Below, piece after piece: positions 8,891 to 16,751 of a DNA stretch of 24,000 nucleotides. The translations under genes were made by a program, and so were the position numbers. Each line of letters opens with the position of its first letter. Within the stretch, counting starts at the first letter, position 1. The stretch is from Frondihabitans sp. 762G35 (GTDB taxonomy: Bacteria > Actinomycetota > Actinomycetes > Actinomycetales > Microbacteriaceae), in the NCBI RefSeq assembly GCF_002074055.1, contig NZ_CP014619.1, positions 2,489,002 through 2,513,001 of the forward strand, in the 5' to 3' direction. The notes under the pieces were generated by a model. The model saw nothing but the letters and a program-made list of their open reading frames with translations, was not told the origin of the DNA and ran no database searches.

Positions 8891-8906
8891 CGAAAGGGAC
8901 ACACCC

Positions 8907-9863
8907 ATGTCCACCACCACCCCGGGCGGAACCGCGCCCCAGCTCCCGCCCCGCGCGACGAACCGTCGCCCCCTCGTCATCGGGATCGTCGTCGCCGTCG
9001 TGATCATCGCCGTCGTCGCGGTGTTCCTCGTCGTCAACCGCAGCTCCGCCTCCACCGCCCAGGGCGCGGGCAAGACCGTCTCGATCGGCGTCGCCGACGC
9101 GTCGGAGCCCTACTGGAAGACGTACCAGGCCCTCGCGAAGGAGAAGCTCGGCGTGACGGTCAAGCTCGTCAACTTCTCCGACTACAGCCAGCCGAACCCG
9201 GCGCTCAGCCAGGGCCAGACCGACCTCAACGAGTTCCAGCACATCCAGTACCTGGCCAACTACAACGTCACCTCGAGCGACGACCTGCAGCCGATCGGCG
9301 CCACCGCCGTCTACCCGCTCCCCCTCTACTCGACGAAGTACAAGGAGGCGTCGGCCCTCCCCGAGGGCGCCAAGGTCGCCGTTCCGAACGACGCCGTCAA
9401 CGAGGCGCGCGGGCTCCTGGTCCTCCAGTCGGCCGGTCTCCTGAAGCTGAAGGACGGCGGCACCGCCTTCTCGACGGTGACCGACATCGTCAGCGAGAAG
9501 ATCGCCGTCACGACGCTCGACGCCTCACAGACGGCCGGGGCCCTTCAGGCCGGCTCGGTCGACGCCGCGATCGTCAACCAGAACTACGCCACCCAGGCGG
9601 GCCTCGCGAAGACCGACGCGATCTTCAAGGACGACCCCGCGTCGTCGAGCGCCGCCCCCTACGTCAACGTCTTCGTGGCCCAGAAGAAGGACGCCACGAA
9701 CGAGCTCTACCTGAAGCTCGCCGACCTCTACCACACCGCCAGCGTCGAGAAGGGCGTGCAGGAGGCCAACGCCGGCACCGCGGTCTTCCGGAGCACCTCG
9801 GCCGCCGACCTCCAGAAGGAGCTCGCCACCGTCGAGGCGGACGCCAAGGCGGCCGCGAAGTAG
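8907..9863 (+). CDS. metQ: Methionine ABC transporter substrate-binding protein (MetQ/NlpA family)
   Basis: 318 aa from ATG 8907. It has an N-terminal membrane anchor (RRPLVIGIVVAVVIIAVVAVFLVV) followed by an NlpA-like body (NFSDYSQPNPALSQGQTDLNEFQHIQYL). AAAGGGA lies upstream. The stop TAG overlaps the metN GTG by 1 nt. Confidence 0.9.
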   Translation: MSTTTPGGTAPQLPPRATNRRPLVIGIVVAVVIIAVVAVFLVVNRSSASTAQGAGKTVSIGVADASEPYWKTYQALAKEKLGVTVKLVNFSDYSQPNPALSQGQTDLNEFQHIQYLANYNVTSSDDLQPIGATAVYPLPLYSTKYKEASALPEGAKVAVPNDAVNEARGLLVLQSAGLLKLKDGGTAFSTVTDIVSEKIAVTTLDASQTAGALQAGSVDAAIVNQNYATQAGLAKTDAIFKDDPASSSAAPYVNVFVAQKKDATNELYLKLADLYHTASVEKGVQEANAGTAVFRSTSAADLQKELATVEADAKAAAK

Positions 9864-10897
9864 TGGCGGAGAAGCCCGCCCTCGTCCGTCTGGACGGCGT
9901 CACCAAGGCGTACGACACCCCGGCCGGGCGCCGGGTGGCCGTCGACGACGTGACCCTGGAGGTCCGGGAGGGCGAGATCCTCGGTGTCATCGGCTACTCC
10001 GGCGCCGGGAAGTCGACCCTCGTGCGGCTCATCAACGCCCTGGAGCTCCCCACCTCCGGGCGCGTGTTCGTCGGCGACAGCGAGCTGACGGCGCTACCGG
10101 AGCGGAAGCTCCGCGAGGTGCGCCAGGGCATCGGCATGATCTTCCAGCAGTTCAACCTGTTCCGCTCCCGGACGGTGGCCGGGAACGTCGCCTACCCGCT
10201 GCGGGTCGCCGGCGTGCCGAAGGCCGAGCGGGACGCGCGGACGGCCGAGCTGCTCGACTTCGTCGGGCTGCTCGACCGGGCGCACAGCTACCCGGAGCAG
10301 CTGTCGGGGGGCCAGAAGCAGCGCGTCGGGATCGCGCGGGCGCTCGCGACCAGCCCGCGGCTCCTGCTGGCCGACGAGGCCACGAGTGCCCTCGACCCGG
10401 AGACCACCGGCGACGTGCTGGCCCTGCTCCGCCGCGTCAACCGCGACCTCGGTGTGACCGTCGTCGTCATCACGCACGAGATGGACGCGATCCGGGCCAT
10501 CGCCGACCGCGTGGCCGTCATGGACGAGGGGCGCGTCGTCGAGCACGGCCCCGTCTACGACGTCTTCTCGAAGCCGTCGACCGCGGCGGCGGGCCGGTTC
10601 GTGCGGTCGGTCCTGCAGGATCGGCCCTCCCGCGACACCGTGGATCGCCTGCGCCGGTCCCACAACGGCCGCATCGCCACGATCCAGGTCGCGGAGATCA
10701 AGGGCTTCATCGGGGTCCTGTCCGAGATCTTCACCCGCCACGGCGTCACGACGGAGCTCGTCTTCGGCGGCATCAGCGAGCTGCAGGAGCGGCCCATCGG
10801 CGCCCTGACCTACGAGCTCACGGGGCCCGACGACCGCATCGACAGCGCCCTCGCCGACCTCACCGCCCGATCGATCACCTGGACCGAGGAGCACTGA
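9863..10897 (+). CDS. metN: Methionine ABC transporter ATP-binding protein with C-terminal NIL domain
   Basis: Starts VAEKPALVRLDGVTKAY. Walker A GYSGAGKST, signature LSGGQKQRVGIARAL and Walker B LLLADEATSALD. A NIL-like C-terminal domain of about 100 aa follows. This is only the last 345 codons of the 1108-aa track ORF. Confidence 0.9.
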   Translation: MAEKPALVRLDGVTKAYDTPAGRRVAVDDVTLEVREGEILGVIGYSGAGKSTLVRLINALELPTSGRVFVGDSELTALPERKLREVRQGIGMIFQQFNLFRSRTVAGNVAYPLRVAGVPKAERDARTAELLDFVGLLDRAHSYPEQLSGGQKQRVGIARALATSPRLLLADEATSALDPETTGDVLALLRRVNRDLGVTVVVITHEMDAIRAIADRVAVMDEGRVVEHGPVYDVFSKPSTAAAGRFVRSVLQDRPSRDTVDRLRRSHNGRIATIQVAEIKGFIGVLSEIFTRHGVTTELVFGGISELQERPIGALTYELTGPDDRIDSALADLTARSITWTEEH

Positions 10898-10898
10898 G

Positions 10899-11558
10899 AT
10901 GGACTTCTTCCTGAGCAACGTCGACGTGTTCGTCCGGGCCATCTTCGAGACGCTCTTCATGGTCTTCGTCTCGATGATCGCGGCCGGGATCCTCGGGCTC
11001 GCCCTGGGCATCGGGCTCTACGTCACCCGGCCGGGCAACCTCCTGTCGAACCGCGGGCTGTTCACGACGCTCAACGTCGTCGTCAACATCATCCGGCCGA
11101 TCCCGTTCGTGATCTTCCTCGCGGCCATCCAGCCGCTCACCAGCTCGGTGATCGGCACCACCATCGGCCCGAGCGCCGCGGCGTTCGCCCTCTCGCTGGC
11201 GGCCGCGTTCGCCGTCTCGCGCATCGTGGAGCAGAGCCTCGTGGGAGTCGACCCGGGGGTCATCGAGGCGGCCCGCGCGGTCGGGGCGAGCCCCGTGCGG
11301 ATCATCTTCACGGTCTTGATCCCCGAGGGACTCGGGCCGCTGATCCTGGGTTACTCGTTCATCTTCGTCGGCATCGTCGACATGTCCGCCCAGGCGGGCA
11401 TCATCGGCGGCGGCGGCCTCGGCGACTTCGCCATCGCGTACGGCTCGCAGCGCTACAACTACACGGTGGTCTACATCACGGTCGCCGTCATCGTGGTGCT
11501 GGTGCAGCTCGGGCAGTTCTTCGGCAACTACCTGGCGCGCAAGGCGCTGCGCCGCTGA
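10899..11558 (+). CDS. metI: Methionine ABC transporter permease
   Basis: 219 aa starting 1 nt after the metN stop. Contains the EAA loop VIEAARAVGASPVRIIFTVLIPEG and has 5 TM helices. Confidence 0.9.
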   Translation: MDFFLSNVDVFVRAIFETLFMVFVSMIAAGILGLALGIGLYVTRPGNLLSNRGLFTTLNVVVNIIRPIPFVIFLAAIQPLTSSVIGTTIGPSAAAFALSLAAAFAVSRIVEQSLVGVDPGVIEAARAVGASPVRIIFTVLIPEGLGPLILGYSFIFVGIVDMSAQAGIIGGGGLGDFAIAYGSQRYNYTVVYITVAVIVVLVQLGQFFGNYLARKALRR

Positions 11559-11583
11559 GTCGCGGGGTCGAACTCCGCCGCAG

Positions 11584-11625
11584 GGACGACCCCGTCTCCC
11601 TCTCCGGAGGGGCGACGGGTCGTCC
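11584..11625 (+). terminator. Strong imperfect hairpin after metI (putative intrinsic terminator, no clear U-tail)
   Basis: GGACGACCCCGTCTCCCTC-tccg-GAGGGGCGACGGGTCGTCC gives about 17 bp of pairing with two single-nt bulges or mismatches. It begins 26 nt after the metI stop. Confidence 0.4.
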
Positions 11626-11647
11626 TTCGTCTCCGTACCGTGAGGGC

Positions 11648-12220
11648 ATGACCGCGATCCCGACGAAGACGACGACGCCCCGCTGGTACTCGGAGACTCC
11701 GCGGGGCGCCCTGCGGGCGATCGTGGTCGTCCTCGTCGGAAGCGCCCTGATCGGCGGGCTGACCAGCCCGGCCCAGCAGTACCTGCCCGAGGCCGTCCGC
11801 TCCCTCGCGAACTCCGCCGGGGGGTGGAGCATGTTCGCGTTCCTCCTCGTCTGGGCGTCGCGGGCCCGACCGCTGCTGGGCGCCGTCCTCGGGGCGGTCT
11901 CCTTCCTGCTGATGGTGGAGGCCTACGGCGTCGTCAGCCTCTGGCGCGGTTTCTTCTTCGCCGAGCCGTTCTCCTCCTCCTGGACGCCCATCGCGCTGGT
12001 CGCCGGCCCGGTGTTCGGTCTCGCGGCGGCGTTCGTCCGGCACTCCGACCATCGGTGGCTGCGGGTCGCGGGCGTCGCGGTGCTGAGCCTCGCGCTCGTC
12101 GCCGAGGCGGCCTTCGGCCTGACGGTGGTCCGCGACACGACGAGCCCCGTCTACTGGCTCCTGGAGCTCGCCGCCGCGATCGCCTTCGTCGCCCTGGCTC
12201 TCCTCCGCCCTCGTCCCTAG
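11648..12220 (+). CDS. Hypothetical integral membrane protein (5-6 TM helices)
   Basis: 190 aa with alternating hydrophobic helices and good GC3 bias. I recognise no catalytic motif. The start is uncertain because the SD spacing is poor. Confidence 0.6.
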   Translation: MTAIPTKTTTPRWYSETPRGALRAIVVVLVGSALIGGLTSPAQQYLPEAVRSLANSAGGWSMFAFLLVWASRARPLLGAVLGAVSFLLMVEAYGVVSLWRGFFFAEPFSSSWTPIALVAGPVFGLAAAFVRHSDHRWLRVAGVAVLSLALVAEAAFGLTVVRDTTSPVYWLLELAAAIAFVALALLRPRP

Positions 12221-12255
12221 CCCGTAGCCCGCTCCCGCTCCCGCGCCCGCGCCCG

Positions 12256-12630
12256 CGAGTGGACAGGTGTCGACGCTCCCGGGCGCAGAAACGTCACCAA
12301 GTGTCCACTCGGGGTGGGGGGGTGGGGCGCGGGAGCCGCGCGGGCCGTGGCCGGGGCTCCTGCGCCCCGCGCGAGTGGACAGGTGCCGACGCTCCCCGGC
12401 GCAGAAACGTCGCTGAGCGTCCACTCGGGGTGGGGGTGGGGGGTGGGGCGCCGGAGCCGCGCGGGCCGTGGCCGTGGCTCCTGCGCCCCGCGCGAGTGGA
12501 CAGGTGTCGACGCTCCCGGGCGCGGAAACGTCGACGAACGTCCACTCGCGGTGGGGGTGCCGGAGCCGAGGGCGCGAGTGGACAGGTGTCGACGGTCCGG
12601 GGCGTGGAGACGTCGACGAGCGTCCACTCG
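12256..12630. repeat. Array of four 56-bp palindromic elements (A) interleaved with G-run tracts and a second hairpin (B); tandem unit about 116-121 bp
   Basis: A units are at 12256-12311, 12372-12427, 12493-12548 and 12575-12630. Each is CGAGTGGAC-N38-GTCCACTCG with an inner GTCGACG/CGTCGAC-type stem. B hairpins are at 12324-12368 and 12445-12489 (GGGGCGCGGGAGCC...GGCTCCTGCGCCCC). The array lies between convergent gene ends (12220 and 12679). Confidence 0.9.
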
Positions 12631-12678
12631 GGGAGGGGGACGGCGGGGGCGGGGACGGGGCGAGGCGGGGGGGTCGCG

Positions 12679-13398
12679 TCAGGAGGCGAAGCCGTCGGAG
12701 AGCACGGGCTCGCCCGCGCGCTGCCGCTCCAGGAAGAGCACGATCGACGCGGCCACGGTCCGGCGGGAGTCGCCGTTCAGCACGCGGTGGTCGCCCCGCT
12801 GCACCACGCGCACGGCGCCGAAGGGGAGCTGCGTCGCCCAGCTCGCCGCGTCCGCGACGTCGGTGACGTCGTCGGTGTTCCCGTGGAAGACGAGGCTGGG
12901 CAGGAGGATCGTGCGCGGCTGGGGCAGGACCACCCCGTCGGGCAGGCGCCCGCCGGCACCCACGCCGGCACGACCGCCGGCACCAACGCCAGCACCTCCG
13001 ACCGCACCACCGCGCAGCCCGCCGACGACGGCCGCGTCCGCGGCGCGCGACGCCGACGTGACGAGCCCGGCCAGCACGAGCGCCACGAGTCCCACCGGTC
13101 GCGCCGCCGCGATCTGTGCGGCGAGGGTGGCTCCGACGTCCGATCCGACGAGGACGTGGGGGTGCCTCGTCGTGGTGCTCGACACGGCCCGCAGCACGCC
13201 GATCCGCGCGGACTCCGGGTCGAGCGAGACGTCGTCGAAGGCCTCCACGCGGAACCCCGCGAGGGTGAGCTGGTCGATCAGGAGGCCGAAGTCGGCGGCC
13301 GACTCCCCCGATCCTGCGAGCAGGACGACGGTGCCGCGCTCCTCCCCGCGCGGTCGACCGACGTGGTCGGGCAGCGAGCCGGTGCGGAGAAAGGTCAC
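12679..13398 (-). CDS. Alpha/beta-fold hydrolase
   Basis: 239 aa with a GTG start. Nucleophile elbow VGSDVG (G-x-S-x-G), then later HGNTDD and GDHRV as candidate Asp/His. A Gly/Ala-rich insertion is present (GGAVGGAGVGAGGRAGVGAGGR). Confidence 0.7.
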   Translation of the reverse strand: MTFLRTGSLPDHVGRPRGEERGTVVLLAGSGESAADFGLLIDQLTLAGFRVEAFDDVSLDPESARIGVLRAVSSTTTRHPHVLVGSDVGATLAAQIAAARPVGLVALVLAGLVTSASRAADAAVVGGLRGGAVGGAGVGAGGRAGVGAGGRLPDGVVLPQPRTILLPSLVFHGNTDDVTDVADAASWATQLPFGAVRVVQRGDHRVLNGDSRRTVAASIVLFLERQRAGEPVLSDGFAS

Positions 13399-13480
13399 CC
13401 CCCGATCCTGCGACCTCGACGGCCGCCGGGAAAGGTCGTGACGCTTCGTGACCCCGCGGGTCGGAATGTGTCGCGCCGGG

Positions 13481-14212
13481 TCACTGCCAGTGCAGCGAGT
13501 CGCCCATCGTCCCGGGGGTGTCGAGGCGCGCGAGGTCGAGGGCGACCCCCTCCGGCGAGAGCGCCAGGGCGGTCACCGACAGCGAGGCGTAGTGGTGCCC
13601 GTCGATGACGTCGCTACGGAACAGCGCCTCGTCGTCGTCCGTCGACAGGGCCGACGAGCGTCGGAGCACCTCGAGCCAGCCGTCCCAGGTGCCCGAGTCG
13701 ATGCCCCCGGCGGGCCGGGTCGCCTCGCGGAACTCGGGTCGCCAGCGCGTCTCCCGGGGCACCGAGGCCACGTCGGGCCCCTCGTGCGTGATCACGTGCA
13801 CGCCGGGCGGGAGCTCCGTCGTGACGAGGTCGGTGCCGTCCCAGGTGGTGAAGCGCACCCCGTCGACGTCGGCGTCGACCAGGTTGAAGGTCCGGGTCGC
13901 AGGATGCTCGGGGAGAGGCCCCGCGGAGGTCACCGCGTCGAGCGGCAGGACCCCGCGCGACACGTAGCCTCCGAACGGCACGGGGACGTCCTCGTGCCGG
14001 TTGAGCACGACCGACGCGCGACTCGGGTGGAGGTTCGTCGCGAGCCACGCTCCCCCGGCCTCGCGGTCGTGGACGCCGACGACGTCCGGGCCGCGGTCGG
14101 GCCACCAGGCGGCGGGGGGATCCCACGGGCGGTCGACCGCCTCGTCGCGGAGCCCCAGGAGGACGACGGGCCAGCGGGCGCTGGGGTCGAAACTGACGAT
14201 CACGGTGCACAC
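13481..14212 (-). CDS. NRDE-family protein (TANGO2/DUF833 homolog)
   Basis: 243 aa. GTG-TGC start gives M-C-T-V-I-V, with Cys2 as in Ntn-type NRDE proteins. The NRHED segment sits at the family's NRDE motif position. Confidence 0.8.
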   Translation of the reverse strand: MCTVIVSFDPSARWPVVLLGLRDEAVDRPWDPPAAWWPDRGPDVVGVHDREAGGAWLATNLHPSRASVVLNRHEDVPVPFGGYVSRGVLPLDAVTSAGPLPEHPATRTFNLVDADVDGVRFTTWDGTDLVTTELPPGVHVITHEGPDVASVPRETRWRPEFREATRPAGGIDSGTWDGWLEVLRRSSALSTDDDEALFRSDVIDGHHYASLSVTALALSPEGVALDLARLDTPGTMGDSLHWQ

Positions 14213-14268
14213 GAAGGCCAGGATAGAGGGGCGGAGCCGAACCCTTCGCAGGAACGGACGGCATCACC

Positions 14269-15540
14269 GTGGGCGATCGACTCAACATCGTGGTCGGGAT
14301 CACCGGCGGCATCGCCGCCTACAAGGCGGCCACCGTGGTGCGGCTCCTCGTGAAGGCCGGGCACGACGTGCACGTCGTGCCGACCGAGAGCGCGCTGCGG
14401 TTCGTCGGGGCCCCGACGCTGGAGGCCCTCAGTCGCAACCCCGTGACGACGTCGATCTTCGACGACGTGGCCGCGGTGCGCCACGTCGCACTCGGCCAGG
14501 CGGCCGATCTCGTCGTCATCGCGCCGGCGACCGCCAACTCCCTCGCCAAGCTCGCCGCCGGGATGGCGGACGACCTGCTCGGCACCACCGTCCTGGCCTC
14601 CCGGGCACCGCTCGTCGTGGCACCGGCGATGCACACCGAGATGTGGTCGAACCCGGCCACGGTGGCGAACGTCGCGACGCTCCGCTCCCGCGGGGTGGTC
14701 GTCGTGGGCCCCGCGTCGGGCGAGCTCACCGGCGGCGACAGAGGCCCGGGGCGTCTGAGCGAGCCGGAGGAGATCGTCGCGGCCGCCCTCGCCGCCGTCG
14801 TCCCCGCCCGGGGCGACCTGCCCGGCCGAGACCTTGCCGGCCACGACCTGCCCGGCCGAGACCTGGCCGGGCGGCACGTCGTCGTCACGGCGGGCGGCAC
14901 GCGGGAGCCGCTCGACCCGGTGCGATTCCTCGGCAACCGGTCGAGCGGGCGCCAGGGTGTGGCGCTCGCGAGGGCAGCGGCCGACCGCGGCGCGCGCGTG
15001 ACCCTCGTCGCCGCCCACCTCGACGCCGACGTCGCGCAGCAGGCGCCCGGCACGGGTATCACCGTCGTCGAGGCGTCGACGACGAGGTCGCTGCAGGAGG
15101 CGGTGACCGCGGCCGCACGCGACGCCGACGTGGTCGTGATGGCCGCCGCTGTCGCCGACTACCGGCCCGAGCGGGTCGCCGACGCGAAGATCAAGAAGGC
15201 GGGCGACGGGGCCGACCTGACGCTCCGGCTCGTCGAGAACCCGGACGTCCTCCGCGGGCTCGTCGAGACGCGGCGCCCCGGGCAGATCGTCGTCGGCTTC
15301 GCGGCGGAGACCGCCGAGTCGCGCGACGAACTTCTCGCGCTCGGCCGCGCGAAGGCCGAGCGGAAGGGCGCCGACCTCCTCGTGCTGAACACCGTGGGCT
15401 GGTCCGCGGGCTTCGGCACCGCGGACAACGACGTCGTCGTGCTCGACGCCTCGGGCACCGAGGTCGCTGCCGCCCGCGGTTCGAAGCGCGAGGTCGCCGA
15501 GGCCGTCCTCGACGAGATCGTCGGCCGCCTCCTGCGCTGA
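14269..15540 (+). CDS. coaBC: Bifunctional phosphopantothenoylcysteine decarboxylase / phosphopantothenate-cysteine ligase
   Basis: 423 aa. CoaC motifs are GITGGIAAYK and PAMHTEMW. CoaB motifs are GNRSSGRQG, AAAVADYRP and KIKK. Confidence 0.95.
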   Translation: MGDRLNIVVGITGGIAAYKAATVVRLLVKAGHDVHVVPTESALRFVGAPTLEALSRNPVTTSIFDDVAAVRHVALGQAADLVVIAPATANSLAKLAAGMADDLLGTTVLASRAPLVVAPAMHTEMWSNPATVANVATLRSRGVVVVGPASGELTGGDRGPGRLSEPEEIVAAALAAVVPARGDLPGRDLAGHDLPGRDLAGRHVVVTAGGTREPLDPVRFLGNRSSGRQGVALARAAADRGARVTLVAAHLDADVAQQAPGTGITVVEASTTRSLQEAVTAAARDADVVVMAAAVADYRPERVADAKIKKAGDGADLTLRLVENPDVLRGLVETRRPGQIVVGFAAETAESRDELLALGRAKAERKGADLLVLNTVGWSAGFGTADNDVVVLDASGTEVAAARGSKREVAEAVLDEIVGRLLR

Positions 15541-15546
15541 GGCACG

Positions 15547-16659
15547 CTAGAGCCAGGCCTCCGCGAGCAGCTCGTACGACCGCACCCGGTCGGCGTGCGC
15601 GTGCGCGAGGGTCGTGACGAGGAGTTCGTCCGCACCGGTGACGCGCTGCAGGGTCTCGAGGCGCTCGACGACGGTGGTGGCGGAGCCGACGAAGCGGGTG
15701 TCGACGCGGTCGCGCACGTTCTCCTCGGCGGCGGCGTCGAGTGGCGCCGCGAGCGCCTCCTCGGGCGACGGGTAGGCGATCGTGCCCTCGCCGGTGCGGA
15801 TCGAGCGCACCCACTGCGGGAACCCCAGCCCGAGCCGAGCCGCCTCGGCGTCCGTCCCGGCGACGAGCGCATCGGCGGACACGATCACGTGGGGCCGGGG
15901 CAGCACGCCCGGGACGAACGCCGTCCGGTAGGCGGCGACCGCGTCGAGCACGCTCGTCGGGGTCGAGTGGTAGTTCGCGCCGAAGGGCAGGCCGAGCCGC
16001 CCCGCGAGCCGGGCGCTCTCCCCGCCGCTCGAGCCGTGGATCCAGACCTCCGCCCCGCTCCCCTCGGCGGGCAGGATGGGGACGATGTCGCCGGCGGGCC
16101 CGCGGAAGGTCCCGTCGAGGGCCCGCAGGATGCCCGTCACGACCTCCTCGAACGGGACGCTCGTCCCCCGGTCCACCAGTTCGGCGAGCAGGCCGAAGCG
16201 CCCGCGCGAGGGCGAGACGCGCACCGGCTGCGGCAGGAGGAGCCCGTCGACGACGCGCGCCGCCGGCGGGGACGGGAGCGCGGCCGGCGGGGACGCGGCC
16301 GAGGCCGTTCCGGCCGACGTGACGGACCGCCCCAGTCCGAGGTCGACGCGACCGTCGAACAGCGAGGCGACGAGACCCGCCGCCTCGGCGAGCTGCAGCC
16401 CGGCGTGGTGGCCGGACAGGACCGCGGCGGTTCCCACGCGGATCCTGCTGGTCTCGCGCGCGAGGAGGCCGAGGAACGCCAGCGGCGCCGAGCCGGCGAG
16501 GCCCGGGTTGAGGTGGTGCTCGGCCAGCCAGAAGCGCCGGTAGCCGAGCTCCTCGGCGCGTCTCGCGAGGTCGAGGGAGTCGCGGAGCGCTTCGGTCGCC
16601 GTCCGCCCGGTCGACACGGGGGTGAGATCGAGCACGGAGAGGGGCACGCGCGGGGTCAT
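15547..16659 (-). CDS. LLM-class (luciferase-like) flavin-dependent oxidoreductase
   Basis: 370 aa. Contains ELGYRRFWLAEHH and RVDLGLGRS, typical of the MsnO8/LLM family. It is convergent with coaBC, with a 6-bp gap. Confidence 0.9.
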   Translation of the reverse strand: MTPRVPLSVLDLTPVSTGRTATEALRDSLDLARRAEELGYRRFWLAEHHLNPGLAGSAPLAFLGLLARETSRIRVGTAAVLSGHHAGLQLAEAAGLVASLFDGRVDLGLGRSVTSAGTASAASPPAALPSPPAARVVDGLLLPQPVRVSPSRGRFGLLAELVDRGTSVPFEEVVTGILRALDGTFRGPAGDIVPILPAEGSGAEVWIHGSSGGESARLAGRLGLPFGANYHSTPTSVLDAVAAYRTAFVPGVLPRPHVIVSADALVAGTDAEAARLGLGFPQWVRSIRTGEGTIAYPSPEEALAAPLDAAAEENVRDRVDTRFVGSATTVVERLETLQRVTGADELLVTTLAHAHADRVRSYELLAEAWL

Positions 16660-16751
16660 GCCACCAGCCTGCCCCGGCCGGGGCCCGCGCGCACGCCGCG
16701 TGACCCCGCGAGACGTGCATCCGGGCCCGGCGGACGGCTTAGTCTTTTCGG

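Noticed and set aside
8502-9073. The long extensions of the SBP ORF (to 9073) and of the metQ ORF (from 8502) across the divergent intergenic region.
   Set aside because: They overlap each other on opposite strands. Internal starts give a proper lipoprotein signal (SBP, 8659) and a membrane anchor with SD (metQ, 8907).
12256-12630. The repeat array read as a CRISPR locus.
   Set aside because: The 'spacers' are themselves homologous to each other (spacers 1 and 2 are near-identical, spacer 3 is a truncated version). This is therefore a long-unit tandem repeat. The repeats are 56 bp long, and there are no cas genes in the window.
12221-12678. The repeat array read as integron attC sites, a MITE/IS remnant, or coding sequence (ORFs 11824-13608, 12314-13441, 12217-12627 and others).
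   Set aside because: It has no GTTRRRY/RYYYAAC attC core, no integrase or transposase, and no clear terminal inverted repeats with target-site duplication. All six frames are open here only because stops are absent, and the translations are repetitive Arg/Gly strings. Part of it lies antisense to the hydrolase gene.
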